This document shows positions 9,101 through 18,407 of a DNA stretch of 64,000 nt, piece after piece. Under the pieces are notes generated by a model. The model was not told the origin of the DNA, searched no databases, and saw only the letters and a program-made list of their open reading frames with translations. A program made the translations under genes and the position numbers. Each line of letters opens with the position of its first letter. Position 1 is the first letter of the stretch. This DNA is from Azolla caroliniana (Eukaryota; Plantae; Polypodiophyta), in contig JBHGNT010000007.1 of NCBI GenBank assembly GCA_043228905.1, positions 16,678,001 through 16,742,000 of the forward strand. Direction: 5' to 3'.

Positions 9101-12100
9101 GTCTTCCTTTCTTCCATCCTCTCGTAATTGATGTATAGAGATTGTTGAAATTGTGGGGGATCCTAGATCCTAACCAATCAACCAAGTAGTATAGTTTGTT
9201 GCGAATGATCTTGGAGTCGAGGATAGCGGCAACCTCATATTCAGAGCCATTGGAAACGTCAATTGGAGGTGGGGGAGGTGTAACACGACCCGGAATAGAG
9301 CTCGTTGTGTAAGGCTCCAAAAGTGAAACATGGAAGACCGGGTGAAGACGCATATGAGGAGGAAGATCAAGACGAAATGTCACATCATTGATCTTACCAC
9401 TTATGACATATGGGCCAAAACGTTGATAATCCAATTTGTAGCAAGGTCGGGTCGTTTTAATGGTACCTTGTAAGAGCCATACACGATCGCCTACTTGAAA
9501 TGTAGTCGATGAATCACGCCGATGACGGTCAGCAATCTTCTTTTGAGTGTTTTGGGCTTCACATAAATGATGCAAAAGCATATCCTGAACTTCTTGGAGT
9601 CGAGTGAGCCGATCTTCAGCAGCTGGGTTTTTTGGGAGTTCAGGATGTTCAAGCATCGTCCAACGAGGATGGTACCCAATGTTTGCAAAAAATGGGGAAT
9701 ATCCAGTAGAAGAATGCTCGGAGTTGTTATAAGCAAATTCTGCCAAAGGTAGTAAATCCACCCAATCATCTTGTTGATAGTTGACAAAACAACGTAGATA
9801 TTGCTCGACTGTTTGGTTGGTGCGCTCACTCTGCCCATTAGTCTCTGGATGGTAGCCGGAAGAGAGTTTACAAGAAGTATGTAAGAGTCTGAACATGTGC
9901 CGCCAAAATTTCGAGATGAATTGGGGACCCCGATCACTGATAATATCATCCGGAAGACCATGATGGCGAAACACCTCCCACATGAGTAAATCAGCTGTCT
10001 CTTGACTAGTAATGGTCTTTGTGCATGGAAGGAAATGTGCCATCTTCGTAAAACGATCGACAACCGTGAGAATCGAATCAAATCCCTTGGAAGGTGGAAG
10101 ATCCGTAATAAAGTCCAAGGAAATAGATTTCCATGGGCTCTCCGGAATAGGCATTGGCTGTAATAAGCCATATGGATGATGTCGAGGCTTTTTTGATCGG
10201 CAACATGTATCACAGCTACGAACATAATCCGTAACAAAATGGCGAAGCCGTGGCCACCAATATCGGCGAGAAATCAACTCAAAAGTCTTGTGGATGCCGA
10301 AGTGTCCCGCCATTGGTGTGTCATGACATTGTTGCATGACTTTGAGTCGAGAAGGACCGTCAGGCACATACAAGAGAGTTTGTCGAAAAAGTAACCCATC
10401 ATGCCAACTAAACTGGGTGTAGTCTAGACGAGGATTTTGAGTTTGGGAGCTAGATGCACGATTTGGGATAATATGGCTCAAAACCTCTTGGGCGAACGCA
10501 TCAGTCGCAATCTGCTCACGAATGGAATCAAGAAGCCTTGAATCTCCCGGTGTGTTGATGGTATGCATTGCCATTATTCGTAGACGATCAGGACCTAAGA
10601 GGATTTGCTTTTGGCTTTCAAATGCGGCCTCTCCAGGTTGAAGTTCCATATACGAACGTCTAGATAAAGCATCTGCTTTTCCTTGTTGCATCCCAGGGCG
10701 ATATAGAATTACAAAATCGAAACGAGTTAAGAACTGCGCCCAACGAGCTTGTCGTCGATTCAAGACTCGAGCACTTTGAAAGTATGTTAGATTTTTATGA
10801 TCATTGTAGACAATAATCTGCTGAGAAGAACCCTCCAGAAAATGACGCCATTGTTGAAAAGAATCCACAATGGCAAGAAGCTCTTTGTCGTGAATCTCAT
10901 AGTTGATTTCTGCGGCTTCAAATTTTCGTGAGTGAAAAGCCACCGGGTGCAGTTCACCATCATCACCAATTTGGGATAGTACACTTCCGAGTGCGAAATC
11001 CGATGCATCAGCTTCAAGTATAAAGCGCCTCATTGGATCGACATGGATTAAGATTGGTGCGGATGTAAATGCTTGCTTTAAACCCTCAAATGCAGAGTTC
11101 GCATCTATACTCCATACAAATGATCGATTCTTGTGCGTCAGTTGAGTGAGGGGCAACACAATTTTTGAATAGTCTTTGATGAACTTGCGATAAAAGTTTG
11201 CGAACCCCAAAAAACATTGCACATCTCGCACGGATTGTGGTGTTTGCCAATCCAAAATTGTTTGAACCTTTGATGGATCCATAGAGATGCCATTTGAAGA
11301 GACTATGTACCCCAAAAACTCCACTTGACGTTGGTCGAAACTACACTTCTCCAATTTTGCATAGAGACCATACTCTCGTAGCCGTTGCAAAACTTGGCGA
11401 ACATGTATATCATGTTCTTCTTGAGTTTTTGAGTAGATCAAGATATCATCCAGGTAAACAATGATGAAGATATCGAGGAAGTCTCGAAAAATATCATTCG
11501 CCATATGTTGGAAGACTGCTGGTGCATTCGTGAGGCCAAAAGGCATCACTGTGTACTCAAAATGACCATAGCGAGTGCGGAACGCCGTCTTCCATTCATC
11601 CCTAGGACGAATTCGAACAAGGTTGTAGGCACCTCGAAGATCTAACTTCGTGAAATACTTTGCTTCACTGAGGCGTTCTAGAAGGCTTGAGATCAATGGG
11701 AGAGCATATCGGTTTCTAACGGTCACTTTATTCAAGCCTCGATAATCCACGACCATACGAAGCGTACCATCTTTCTTCTTAACGAAAAAGATGGGTGCAC
11801 CAGCAGGAGATTTTGAATGTTGGATAAAACCATTTGCCAAGTTCTCATTGATATATTCTCGAAGAACCTCTAACTCCGTGGGCGAAAGATTATAAATTGG
11901 TCCCCATGGAGGCTCTTTTCCTGGCTGCAAATCAATTGGGCAATCATATGGTCGATGCTCTGGTAGTCTATTAGCCTTCACCTTATCGAACACATCGGAG
12001 AATTCTATGTACTTCTTTGGTAGTTGGACCCCCAATTCTTGTGAGCTAGATGAGGGAGTTGCTAAAACCGCAAATACCATCATGTCTTCCTTTCTTCCAT

Positions 12101-12614
12101 CCTCTCGTAATTGATGTATAGAGATTGTTGAAATTGTGGGGGATCCTAGATCCTTAGTTGGAGCTTCAAGAGACTTGGATTGTACGGTGACCTCTTCAAT
12201 AGTTCTTTTTCTCCAATCAATGGTTGGGTTATGTAACTCAAACCAAGGAAGACCAAGAACTAGAGAGTGCTCCGGACTACTAATGATGTTAAATGAGATG
12301 ACACTAGCCAAATTACCTAGGACTACACGAATTGGTTCAGACTCTTCGACTATATCTCCTGATGCTATAGGGCGACCATCGATGACTCCTACAGCTACTG
12401 GGTTTGGGAGTTTTTTCAAGATGATGTTTTGAGTCAATGCAAACTCGCGATCCATGAAACAAGAATTGGCTCCGGAATCTAGGAGGGCAGAGGCTAGGGC
12501 GCGATGACCTGTAGATGTGCTAAGCTCGACTTGTGCAGAAAAAACTCTACTAACTTGATTTGATGAAATGGAACCACAACTAGGTACTGACTCTACATAA
12601 CTAGGATGGTCCAA
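9063..12614 (-). CDS. pol (PR-RT-RNaseH-INT); chromodomain truncated and frameshifted at the duplication junction
   Basis: 1183 aa ORF; after ...YLVDWLG it reads out of frame into the duplicated copy at about 9170. Confidence 0.9.
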   Translation of the reverse strand: MDHPSYVESVPSCGSISSNQVSRVFSAQVELSTSTGHRALASALLDSGANSCFMDREFALTQNIILKKLPNPVAVGVIDGRPIASGDIVEESEPIRVVLGNLASVISFNIISSPEHSLVLGLPWFELHNPTIDWRKRTIEEVTVQSKSLEAPTKDLGSPTISTISIHQLREDGRKEDMMVFAVLATPSSSSQELGVQLPKKYIEFSDVFDKVKANRLPEHRPYDCPIDLQPGKEPPWGPIYNLSPTELEVLREYINENLANGFIQHSKSPAGAPIFFVKKKDGTLRMVVDYRGLNKVTVRNRYALPLISSLLERLSEAKYFTKLDLRGAYNLVRIRPRDEWKTAFRTRYGHFEYTVMPFGLTNAPAVFQHMANDIFRDFLDIFIIVYLDDILIYSKTQEEHDIHVRQVLQRLREYGLYAKLEKCSFDQRQVEFLGYIVSSNGISMDPSKVQTILDWQTPQSVRDVQCFLGFANFYRKFIKDYSKIVLPLTQLTHKNRSFVWSIDANSAFEGLKQAFTSAPILIHVDPMRRFILEADASDFALGSVLSQIGDDGELHPVAFHSRKFEAAEINYEIHDKELLAIVDSFQQWRHFLEGSSQQIIVYNDHKNLTYFQSARVLNRRQARWAQFLTRFDFVILYRPGMQQGKADALSRRSYMELQPGEAAFESQKQILLGPDRLRIMAMHTINTPGDSRLLDSIREQIATDAFAQEVLSHIIPNRASSSQTQNPRLDYTQFSWHDGLLFRQTLLYVPDGPSRLKVMQQCHDTPMAGHFGIHKTFELISRRYWWPRLRHFVTDYVRSCDTCCRSKKPRHHPYGLLQPMPIPESPWKSISLDFITDLPPSKGFDSILTVVDRFTKMAHFLPCTKTITSQETADLLMWEVFRHHGLPDDIISDRGPQFISKFWRHMFRLLHTSCKLSSGYHPETNGQSERTNQTVEQYLRCFVNYQQDDWVDLLPLAEFAYNNSEHSSTGYSPFFANIGYHPRWTMLEHPELPKNPAAEDRLTRLQEVQDMLLHHLCEAQNTQKKIADRHRRDSSTTFQVGDRVWLLQGTIKTTRPCYKLDYQRFGPYVISGKINDVTFRLDLPPHMRLHPVFHVSLLEPYTTSSIPGRVTPPPPPIDVSNGSEYEVAAILDSKIIRNKLYYLVDWLGSRIPHNFNNLYTSITRGWKKGRHDGICGFSNSLI

Positions 12615-12640
12615 CCAAATGGCTCCTATTTTGGCCGGAC

Positions 12641-13768
12641 TTATTCGTTTAACACATCCTCTAATTGGCTCAAGACATCAAATCTATTCTCATGGCATGG
12701 GCTAGTAGGCTTAGTACTTAAGTTATTAGAAGTGATAGTAGAACTTGATGTAGGGTTGTCATGTGCACTTACTTGGTAAACTTGACGCCTGGGTTTATGT
12801 GGGCAATTCACAGCTATATGTCCTGGACCACCACAGTAGAGGCATAGGCGATGCGCCCGACGTCGTTGTTTCTCAGCATCTGATAAGGGCCCTCGACGTT
12901 GTGTCGACTCTATTTCCATCGGAGTGGGACCATCCCTCGTAACGGGTCTAGAACCTTGTGGCGGTGTGGCGACTATAGAAGCGTATGTCTGTTCCGGTTG
13001 GCGGCGTAACATTTGTTGACGTTCAGAACGTCGCTCAAATAGGCGATTATCACATCGCACAGCTCGGCTAATAGCTTCAGTAAGAGACTTTGGATCTTCA
13101 TGGAAAGTAAGAAGAAGATCTTTGACATCGTTACGCAAACCCTGACGGAATTGATCCATTAAGGCTGCCTCATCCCAAGGGATGTCGCATGCCAAGAGAC
13201 GGAAATCTGCGGCATAAGCTGAAGCGGGACGATCTCCTTGTCGGAGTCTTCGAATCTTGTTTATTGCAGTCCTAGTGCTATCCGTATCTCCAAAACTAGC
13301 TTGAAACTCCTTAACGAATGCCTCGAAATCCTCCAGTAATGGTGATTTCTTCTCAAGAAGTGGTGCAAACCATGCTAACGCTGTACCGCTTAGCAAGGTT
13401 CCTATTAATCCCACACGGGCAACATCAGTTGGATACCGATTGGGATGTAACTGAATCACCAAACGAACTTGATTCAGGAAACCTCGAAAGAGAGATCTGG
13501 TACCATCAAACTTGGCAGGGAGGCTAATCTTTGGTTCCCTTGGGGAGTTTTGAACCCCCGCCGCTTGTTCTCGTAATGTTAATATAGTAGCCTCAAGTTG
13601 ATGAACCCGTTGTGATAACTCCTCATATTGATGAGCTTTCTCAGTACTGACTTGTTGAAGATCCCCGAGTAGCCTTTGATTTTCGTGCTCTAATGCCACA
13701 AACTTAGTGGTGAGCATATCGAGCTCCGAAAGGACACGCATATACTCTTGCTTGCTGACCGACTCCAT
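12641..13768 (-). CDS. Gag of family A copy 2
   Basis: 375 aa, near-identical to 3392-4519; CCHC knuckle. Confidence 0.93.
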   Translation of the reverse strand: MESVSKQEYMRVLSELDMLTTKFVALEHENQRLLGDLQQVSTEKAHQYEELSQRVHQLEATILTLREQAAGVQNSPREPKISLPAKFDGTRSLFRGFLNQVRLVIQLHPNRYPTDVARVGLIGTLLSGTALAWFAPLLEKKSPLLEDFEAFVKEFQASFGDTDSTRTAINKIRRLRQGDRPASAYAADFRLLACDIPWDEAALMDQFRQGLRNDVKDLLLTFHEDPKSLTEAISRAVRCDNRLFERRSERQQMLRRQPEQTYASIVATPPQGSRPVTRDGPTPMEIESTQRRGPLSDAEKQRRRAHRLCLYCGGPGHIAVNCPHKPRRQVYQVSAHDNPTSSSTITSNNLSTKPTSPCHENRFDVLSQLEDVLNE

Positions 13769-14404
13769 AACCGCGGGGGAAAAAGAAAGAAGGATAAAGA
13801 AGAAAGCTTGCTAGAGTTATTGAAGAAAGGGAAAAGAAATATTCGGTTCAAACTGTCGTGACTCTTGAGTAGGAAGCAGAGAGAGAGAGCGATGGCGATA
13901 GAGATAACGATAACGATAGAGATGGCGAGAGCGGTAGAGATAGCGATAGTGATAGAAAGAGAGTGAAAGAGGGAGAGAGTGCGAGAGAGAGAAAAGTATA
14001 AGTGAGAGATAAGAAATGGGAATGCGATTATATTATGAGAAAGAAGATTACAAGGAGTAGGCTAAGGGCTAAAGACTGGTGTTGAACCGAATGAGTTGTG
14101 ATGAGTGTATGGACTCTTATTTATAGGCCCTTATGGAGTATTCTAGAATGTTCTAGAATATTTTAGATATTTATGAATAATAATAATAATAAATATAATC
14201 ATGAAATATTCAAGAACATTCTAGAATAATCTAGAATGTTCTAAATATCTTGTAATAACTAAACATATAATTATTATGATTACATCTCACATATGTTATT
14301 ACAATGGTTAAAGTACAATATGTAAACCAAGAGGTTATGGGTTCGATTCCTGGTTCGCCAAGATGAATGTCATGATAAGCCAAGATGTATGTCTTCATGA
14401 CATT

Positions 14405-14620
14405 TAATTATATGTTTAGTTATGGCGAGATATTTAGAACATTCTAGATTATTCTAGAATGTTCTTGAATATTTCATGATTATATTTATTATTATGATTA
14501 CATCTCACATATGTTATTACAATGGTTAAAGTACAATATGTAAACCAAGAGGTTATGGGTTCGATTCCTGGTTTGCCAAGATGAATGTCATGATAACCCA
14601 AGATGTATGTCTTCATGACA
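14405..14620. repeat. Rearranged family A LTR fragments: ~90 bp inverted piece followed by the terminal ~130 bp of U3
   Basis: 14405-14493 is the reverse complement of LTR 4933-5023; 14488-14620 matches 5022-5153 and ends CATGACA. Confidence 0.9.
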
Positions 14621-15010
14621 GAACTGAGTAGAGATGACAATGAGTGTACGATATATTCCAGGGTGCCTTGCTAAGGGTGCATCATGGCATTAAAAAAGAA
14701 TTCTCTTTTTGACCTTAGGCAAATCTGGAACACAAACCTTCCCATTACAGTAGAGCAAACCGTTAGCAATGTGGAAGGATTCCTTCGAGGATGTGGTGGT
14801 GTCTATTCTAGACTCAACTCTTGCCTAGTATTTCGCAAAATAATTGTCATTAAGATACTTTCCTCAACGGTGATCATAAAGATCTGATGGTATTTCAATG
14901 AAGCTAAGCATGTTAACTTCACTAATGCGGCTCACTGCATCAAGGACAATGTTCACGGAACCTTTACAATATTGTATGGAAAAATCAAACTCCTGGATGA
15001 GATCAACCCA
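14621..15010 (-). pseudogene. Degenerate Gypsy pol fragment (RNase H end to integrase Zn finger)
   Basis: Manual translation gives WVDLIQEFDFSIQYCKGSVNIVLDAVSR...CHDAPLARHPG with in-frame stops. Confidence 0.8.
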
Positions 15011-15016
15011 TCAACC

Positions 15017-16224
15017 CACTATGAAGAGAAAATGGTACACAATCAGAGACTCGGAGGCAACGACCTCTAGCTCTGTTTCTTCGCACAGTGGCGGTTACGA
15101 CAGAGTATCACTCTGTATCTCTCTCTATCTCCCTCTCTCTCCCTCTCTCTCTTTACAACATTTACAACAATATAACAACAACACAATCACACACACTCTA
15201 AAGTGATTGCCCTAAGTCATATTTATAGTTATATGAACTTAGGGCTATTTACAAATATAGCCTCAATGGGCTTATTCAAGACATATTTACAAATTTGTCT
15301 TCTCTTCCAGTTCTCACCGGGTCCACCGATCCGGTTTCCGGTTCTCACCGGTTCCTCTTTATTCATCGCTGGATCCCATCCGGAGAGACCGATTTTCCCA
15401 ACATGGCCAAATTGAGTGTACCAACCAAACGTTGGAGCAATATCTTCGTTGTTTCATCAACTATCAACAAGATGATTGGGTTAATTTTTTGCACTTGGTG
15501 GAATTCTCTTACAACAACTCAGCCCATTCTTCTACAAGATATTCCCCATTTTTCGCAAATACAGGTTGTCATCCTCGGTGGATGATGAATGTGCATCTAG
15601 ACGTTCCTACCAACCCTGTTGTCGAGGATCATCTTAATCGCCTCCAAGAAATTCACGCTACCATTCTCCAATATTTGCACGATGCTCAAGTTACACACAA
15701 GAGGCTTGTCGATCCTCATCGTCTAGACTCCTCAAAAAAGTTCCGCGTTGGGGATCATGTATGGCTTCTCCAACACAACATCAAGACCACTCGACCTTGC
15801 AATAAATTGGATTACCAACGTTTTGGCCCTTACATGATCACTGGTAAGATAATTGATGTTGCATTTCATCTTGGCCTCCCTCCACACATGCATCTTCATC
15901 CGGTGTTTCATGTATCCCTTTTGGAACCTTATACTACAAGTTCAATTCCGGGCCGTCTTACGACACCCCCACCACCTGTTGAGTTCTTGGGCAGACCCGA
16001 ATTTGAAGTTGTTGCCATTCTCGATTCTAAAATCGTGCGCAACAAGTTGTATTACTTAGTTGATTGGCTAGGTTATACCCCCAATGATCGAACTTGGGAA
16101 CCTACTGCAAATCTTTCCAATGTTGTAGAACTCGTCACTGCATTTCATCACTAATATCCTCGTAAACCAGGTCCTAATACAAACCCTACGACCCGTGAGA
16201 CGTGTCGTCGAAGAAGGGGAATAG
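15017..16224 (+). repeat. Direct duplicate of 46108-47313 (Copia LTR part + TGGCC + family C integrase/chromodomain end + PPT)
   Basis: Near-identical sequence; ORF 15432-16154 is almost the same as 46521-47243. Confidence 0.93.
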
Positions 16225-16763
16225 TGTCATGATAACACTCACATCATGCATCGAAAGGATCATGACACTCACATTATGCTTCAAAAGGATTTAAACCCAC
16301 AACCTTGTTGTACACATGTCAAATCCTTAGCCATTGTATTAATATTCTTGTATGTATACTTTTTAGAATATGAAATCTAATATCATAGAAATATTCTATA
16401 TTACTCTACATTCTAGAATGACCTAGAATATTCTAGAGTGTTCTATACACTAGAACCTTCTAGAATACTTTAGAGATCTTCTAGATTCCTCTACATTCTA
16501 GGATAACCTAGAATATTTCAGAGTGTTCTCTATTACTTATAAATTGGGATCTACCACTCATCCCAAACCTAAATTGGTTCAACACCATTTTGTAGTACTC
16601 TGTTGCCCACTCTTTGTAATCCATTTGTCATAACTAGACTCGAACCTATAACCTGTTGTTACATGGGTCGAGTCTTTACCGTTATATTATACATTGTAAT
16701 TCGAAGTATATTATTTTCATTTATATTTTATTAGGAAATGGATGTATATTCCAGATTTCTCTG

Positions 16764-16808
16764 GAACATTCTAGAAACTTCAGGAGTATTCCTGAAGACA
16801 CTATAAAA
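16764..16808 (+). promoter_or_regulatory. Heat-shock-element-like array plus TATA box in the family B LTR
   Basis: GAAcaTTCtaGAAacTTCagGAGtaTTCctGAA immediately upstream of TATAAAA at 16802. Confidence 0.7.
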
Positions 16809-17079
16809 GGAGGCGCAAGGCATTAGTTCGAACCAAATCGGTTCAACGCCAGTCTTAAGCCTTCTAGCTGTTATTGTATATTTTCCTTCACCTAATACAT
16901 ATATCCTTCGTATCATCATTCTCTCTCTCTCTCTCTCTCTCCCTCTCACTCGTTCCTTCTCTCAACGTTCTACACCTCTCATAGTACTAATCCTTCTCTG
17001 TCTTAGTACTGTTCTCAACAATTGTACTAATCCTTCTTTTAGTACTAATTCCTTCTCCGCCTAGGTAGCGTTCCTGACA

Positions 17080-17093
17080 GTTTGAACCGATTT
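17080..17093 (+). other. Self-priming type PBS of family B
   Basis: TTGAACCGATTT is the reverse complement of AAATCGGTTCAA (16835-16846), which starts 33 nt after the TATA; it has no TGG start, so it is not a tRNA-type PBS. Confidence 0.85.
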
Positions 17094-17176
17094 GCCTCCA
17101 TCTGGTCTTTCTCTCCCTCTTCCTTCCCTTTTATCCTCCTTCTCTTCATACTAATACCCTTATTCTCCCTATCAAA

Positions 17177-18367
17177 ATGGAAACTGTTAGCGCTCAAGAA
17201 TACCAATCTGTTTTCTCGGAGCTCCAGTCCTTAAAGGAGAAATTTTTAGCGCTTGAACAAGAAAATCACCGCCTGTTGGGGGATCTTCAACAAACGGCGC
17301 TGGAAAAACAGCAACGACATGGGGAGCTGACGCTACGGGTACAACAACTCGAAGCGACCATTATATCACTCCAACAACAAGGATCAGGTAATCAAGGGAT
17401 TCACAGAGAACCCAAGATCGGTCTCCCTACAAAATTTGATGGGACCAGATCACAGTTTAGAGGATTCCTCAACCAGGTACGTCTAGTGATCCAAATGCAT
17501 CCTTCTCGATATCCCACCGATGCATCCCGAGTGGGACTAGTTGGCACTCTACTTAGTGGCACGGCTTTGGCATGGTTCGCCCCTCTGTTAGAGAAAAACT
17601 CTCCCATGTTAAATAATTTTGAAGAGTTTATGAGCGAGTTTAAATCCTGTTTCGGAGATACTGACAGTGTTAGAACCGCCATCAACAAAATCCGGAGATT
17701 GCGCCAAGGTGAGCGGCCGGCCTCAGCTTATGCTGCGGACTTCCGTCTTCTTGCCAGCGATATTCCCTGGGATGACCAGGCATTGATGGAACAATTTCGC
17801 TTTGGCCTACGGAATGATGTTAAAGATCTACTCTTAACTTTCCCCGAAGAGCCAAAATCATTGACCGAAGCAATCAGTCGTGCGGTGCGATGCGATAACC
17901 GCCTCTTCGAACGACGCTCGGAACGTCAGTTCCAAATGCCAAGGACAAGATCGGAGCCTACCTATGCTTCAATCGTAGCAAAGCCTTTTTCAAGGGAGTC
18001 CTTCAGTACATCTCCAACGAATACTCCGACTCCAATGGAGATCGACACCACACGTCGTCGCGGACCACTATCGGAAGAAGAAAAGCAGCGACGCAGGGCA
18101 CATCGACTATGTTTGTATTGCGGGGGACCAGGGCATATTGCAGTAAACTGTCCCAATAGACCAAAAAGACAGGTAAACCAAATAATTGCCTGTACTGATA
18201 GTACTAAACCCGAGTCTGTTTCCCTAGGTGTGTCTGATAGTCTTTATAATACTAAAACTGAGTCTACTTCCCTAGGTATGCATGAAAGTTCTAATAGTAC
18301 TTATAGTCCAAATTTAGTCAACAAATTTGATGTCCTTAGTCAGTTAGAAGAAGAGTTAAACTATTAA
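17177..18367 (+). CDS. Gag of family B
   Basis: 396 aa; PTKFDG, LRQG, CLYCGGPGHIAVNC. Confidence 0.95.
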   Translation: METVSAQEYQSVFSELQSLKEKFLALEQENHRLLGDLQQTALEKQQRHGELTLRVQQLEATIISLQQQGSGNQGIHREPKIGLPTKFDGTRSQFRGFLNQVRLVIQMHPSRYPTDASRVGLVGTLLSGTALAWFAPLLEKNSPMLNNFEEFMSEFKSCFGDTDSVRTAINKIRRLRQGERPASAYAADFRLLASDIPWDDQALMEQFRFGLRNDVKDLLLTFPEEPKSLTEAISRAVRCDNRLFERRSERQFQMPRTRSEPTYASIVAKPFSRESFSTSPTNTPTPMEIDTTRRRGPLSEEEKQRRRAHRLCLYCGGPGHIAVNCPNRPKRQVNQIIACTDSTKPESVSLGVSDSLYNTKTESTSLGMHESSNSTYSPNLVNKFDVLSQLEEELNY

Positions 18368-18407
18368 GTCCAGCCAAAATAGGAGCCGTTTGGTTGGACA
18401 GCCCTAG
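18355..18407 (+). promoter_or_regulatory. -1 ribosomal frameshift signal (G_TTA_AAC plus stem-loop/pseudoknot)
   Basis: Heptamer at the gag end, 6-nt spacer, 11-bp stem GTCCAGCCAAA/TTTGGTTGGAC; conserved in A (3398-3404, 12647-12653, minus) and C (23701-23707). Confidence 0.8.

Larger units (their letters stand above)
5485..14402 (-). mobile_element. Family A copy 2, full length with an internal ~3 kb pol duplication
   Basis: LTRs 5485-6033 and 13854-14402; PPT AAAAGGGGGGA at 6037-6047 (minus); PBS 13841-13853; gag plus two pol copies. Confidence 0.95.

Noticed and set aside
18394-18396. TTG as the pol initiation codon (also 12614)
   Set aside because: The frame is open back to the slippery heptamer, so a -1 frameshift explains pol expression better.
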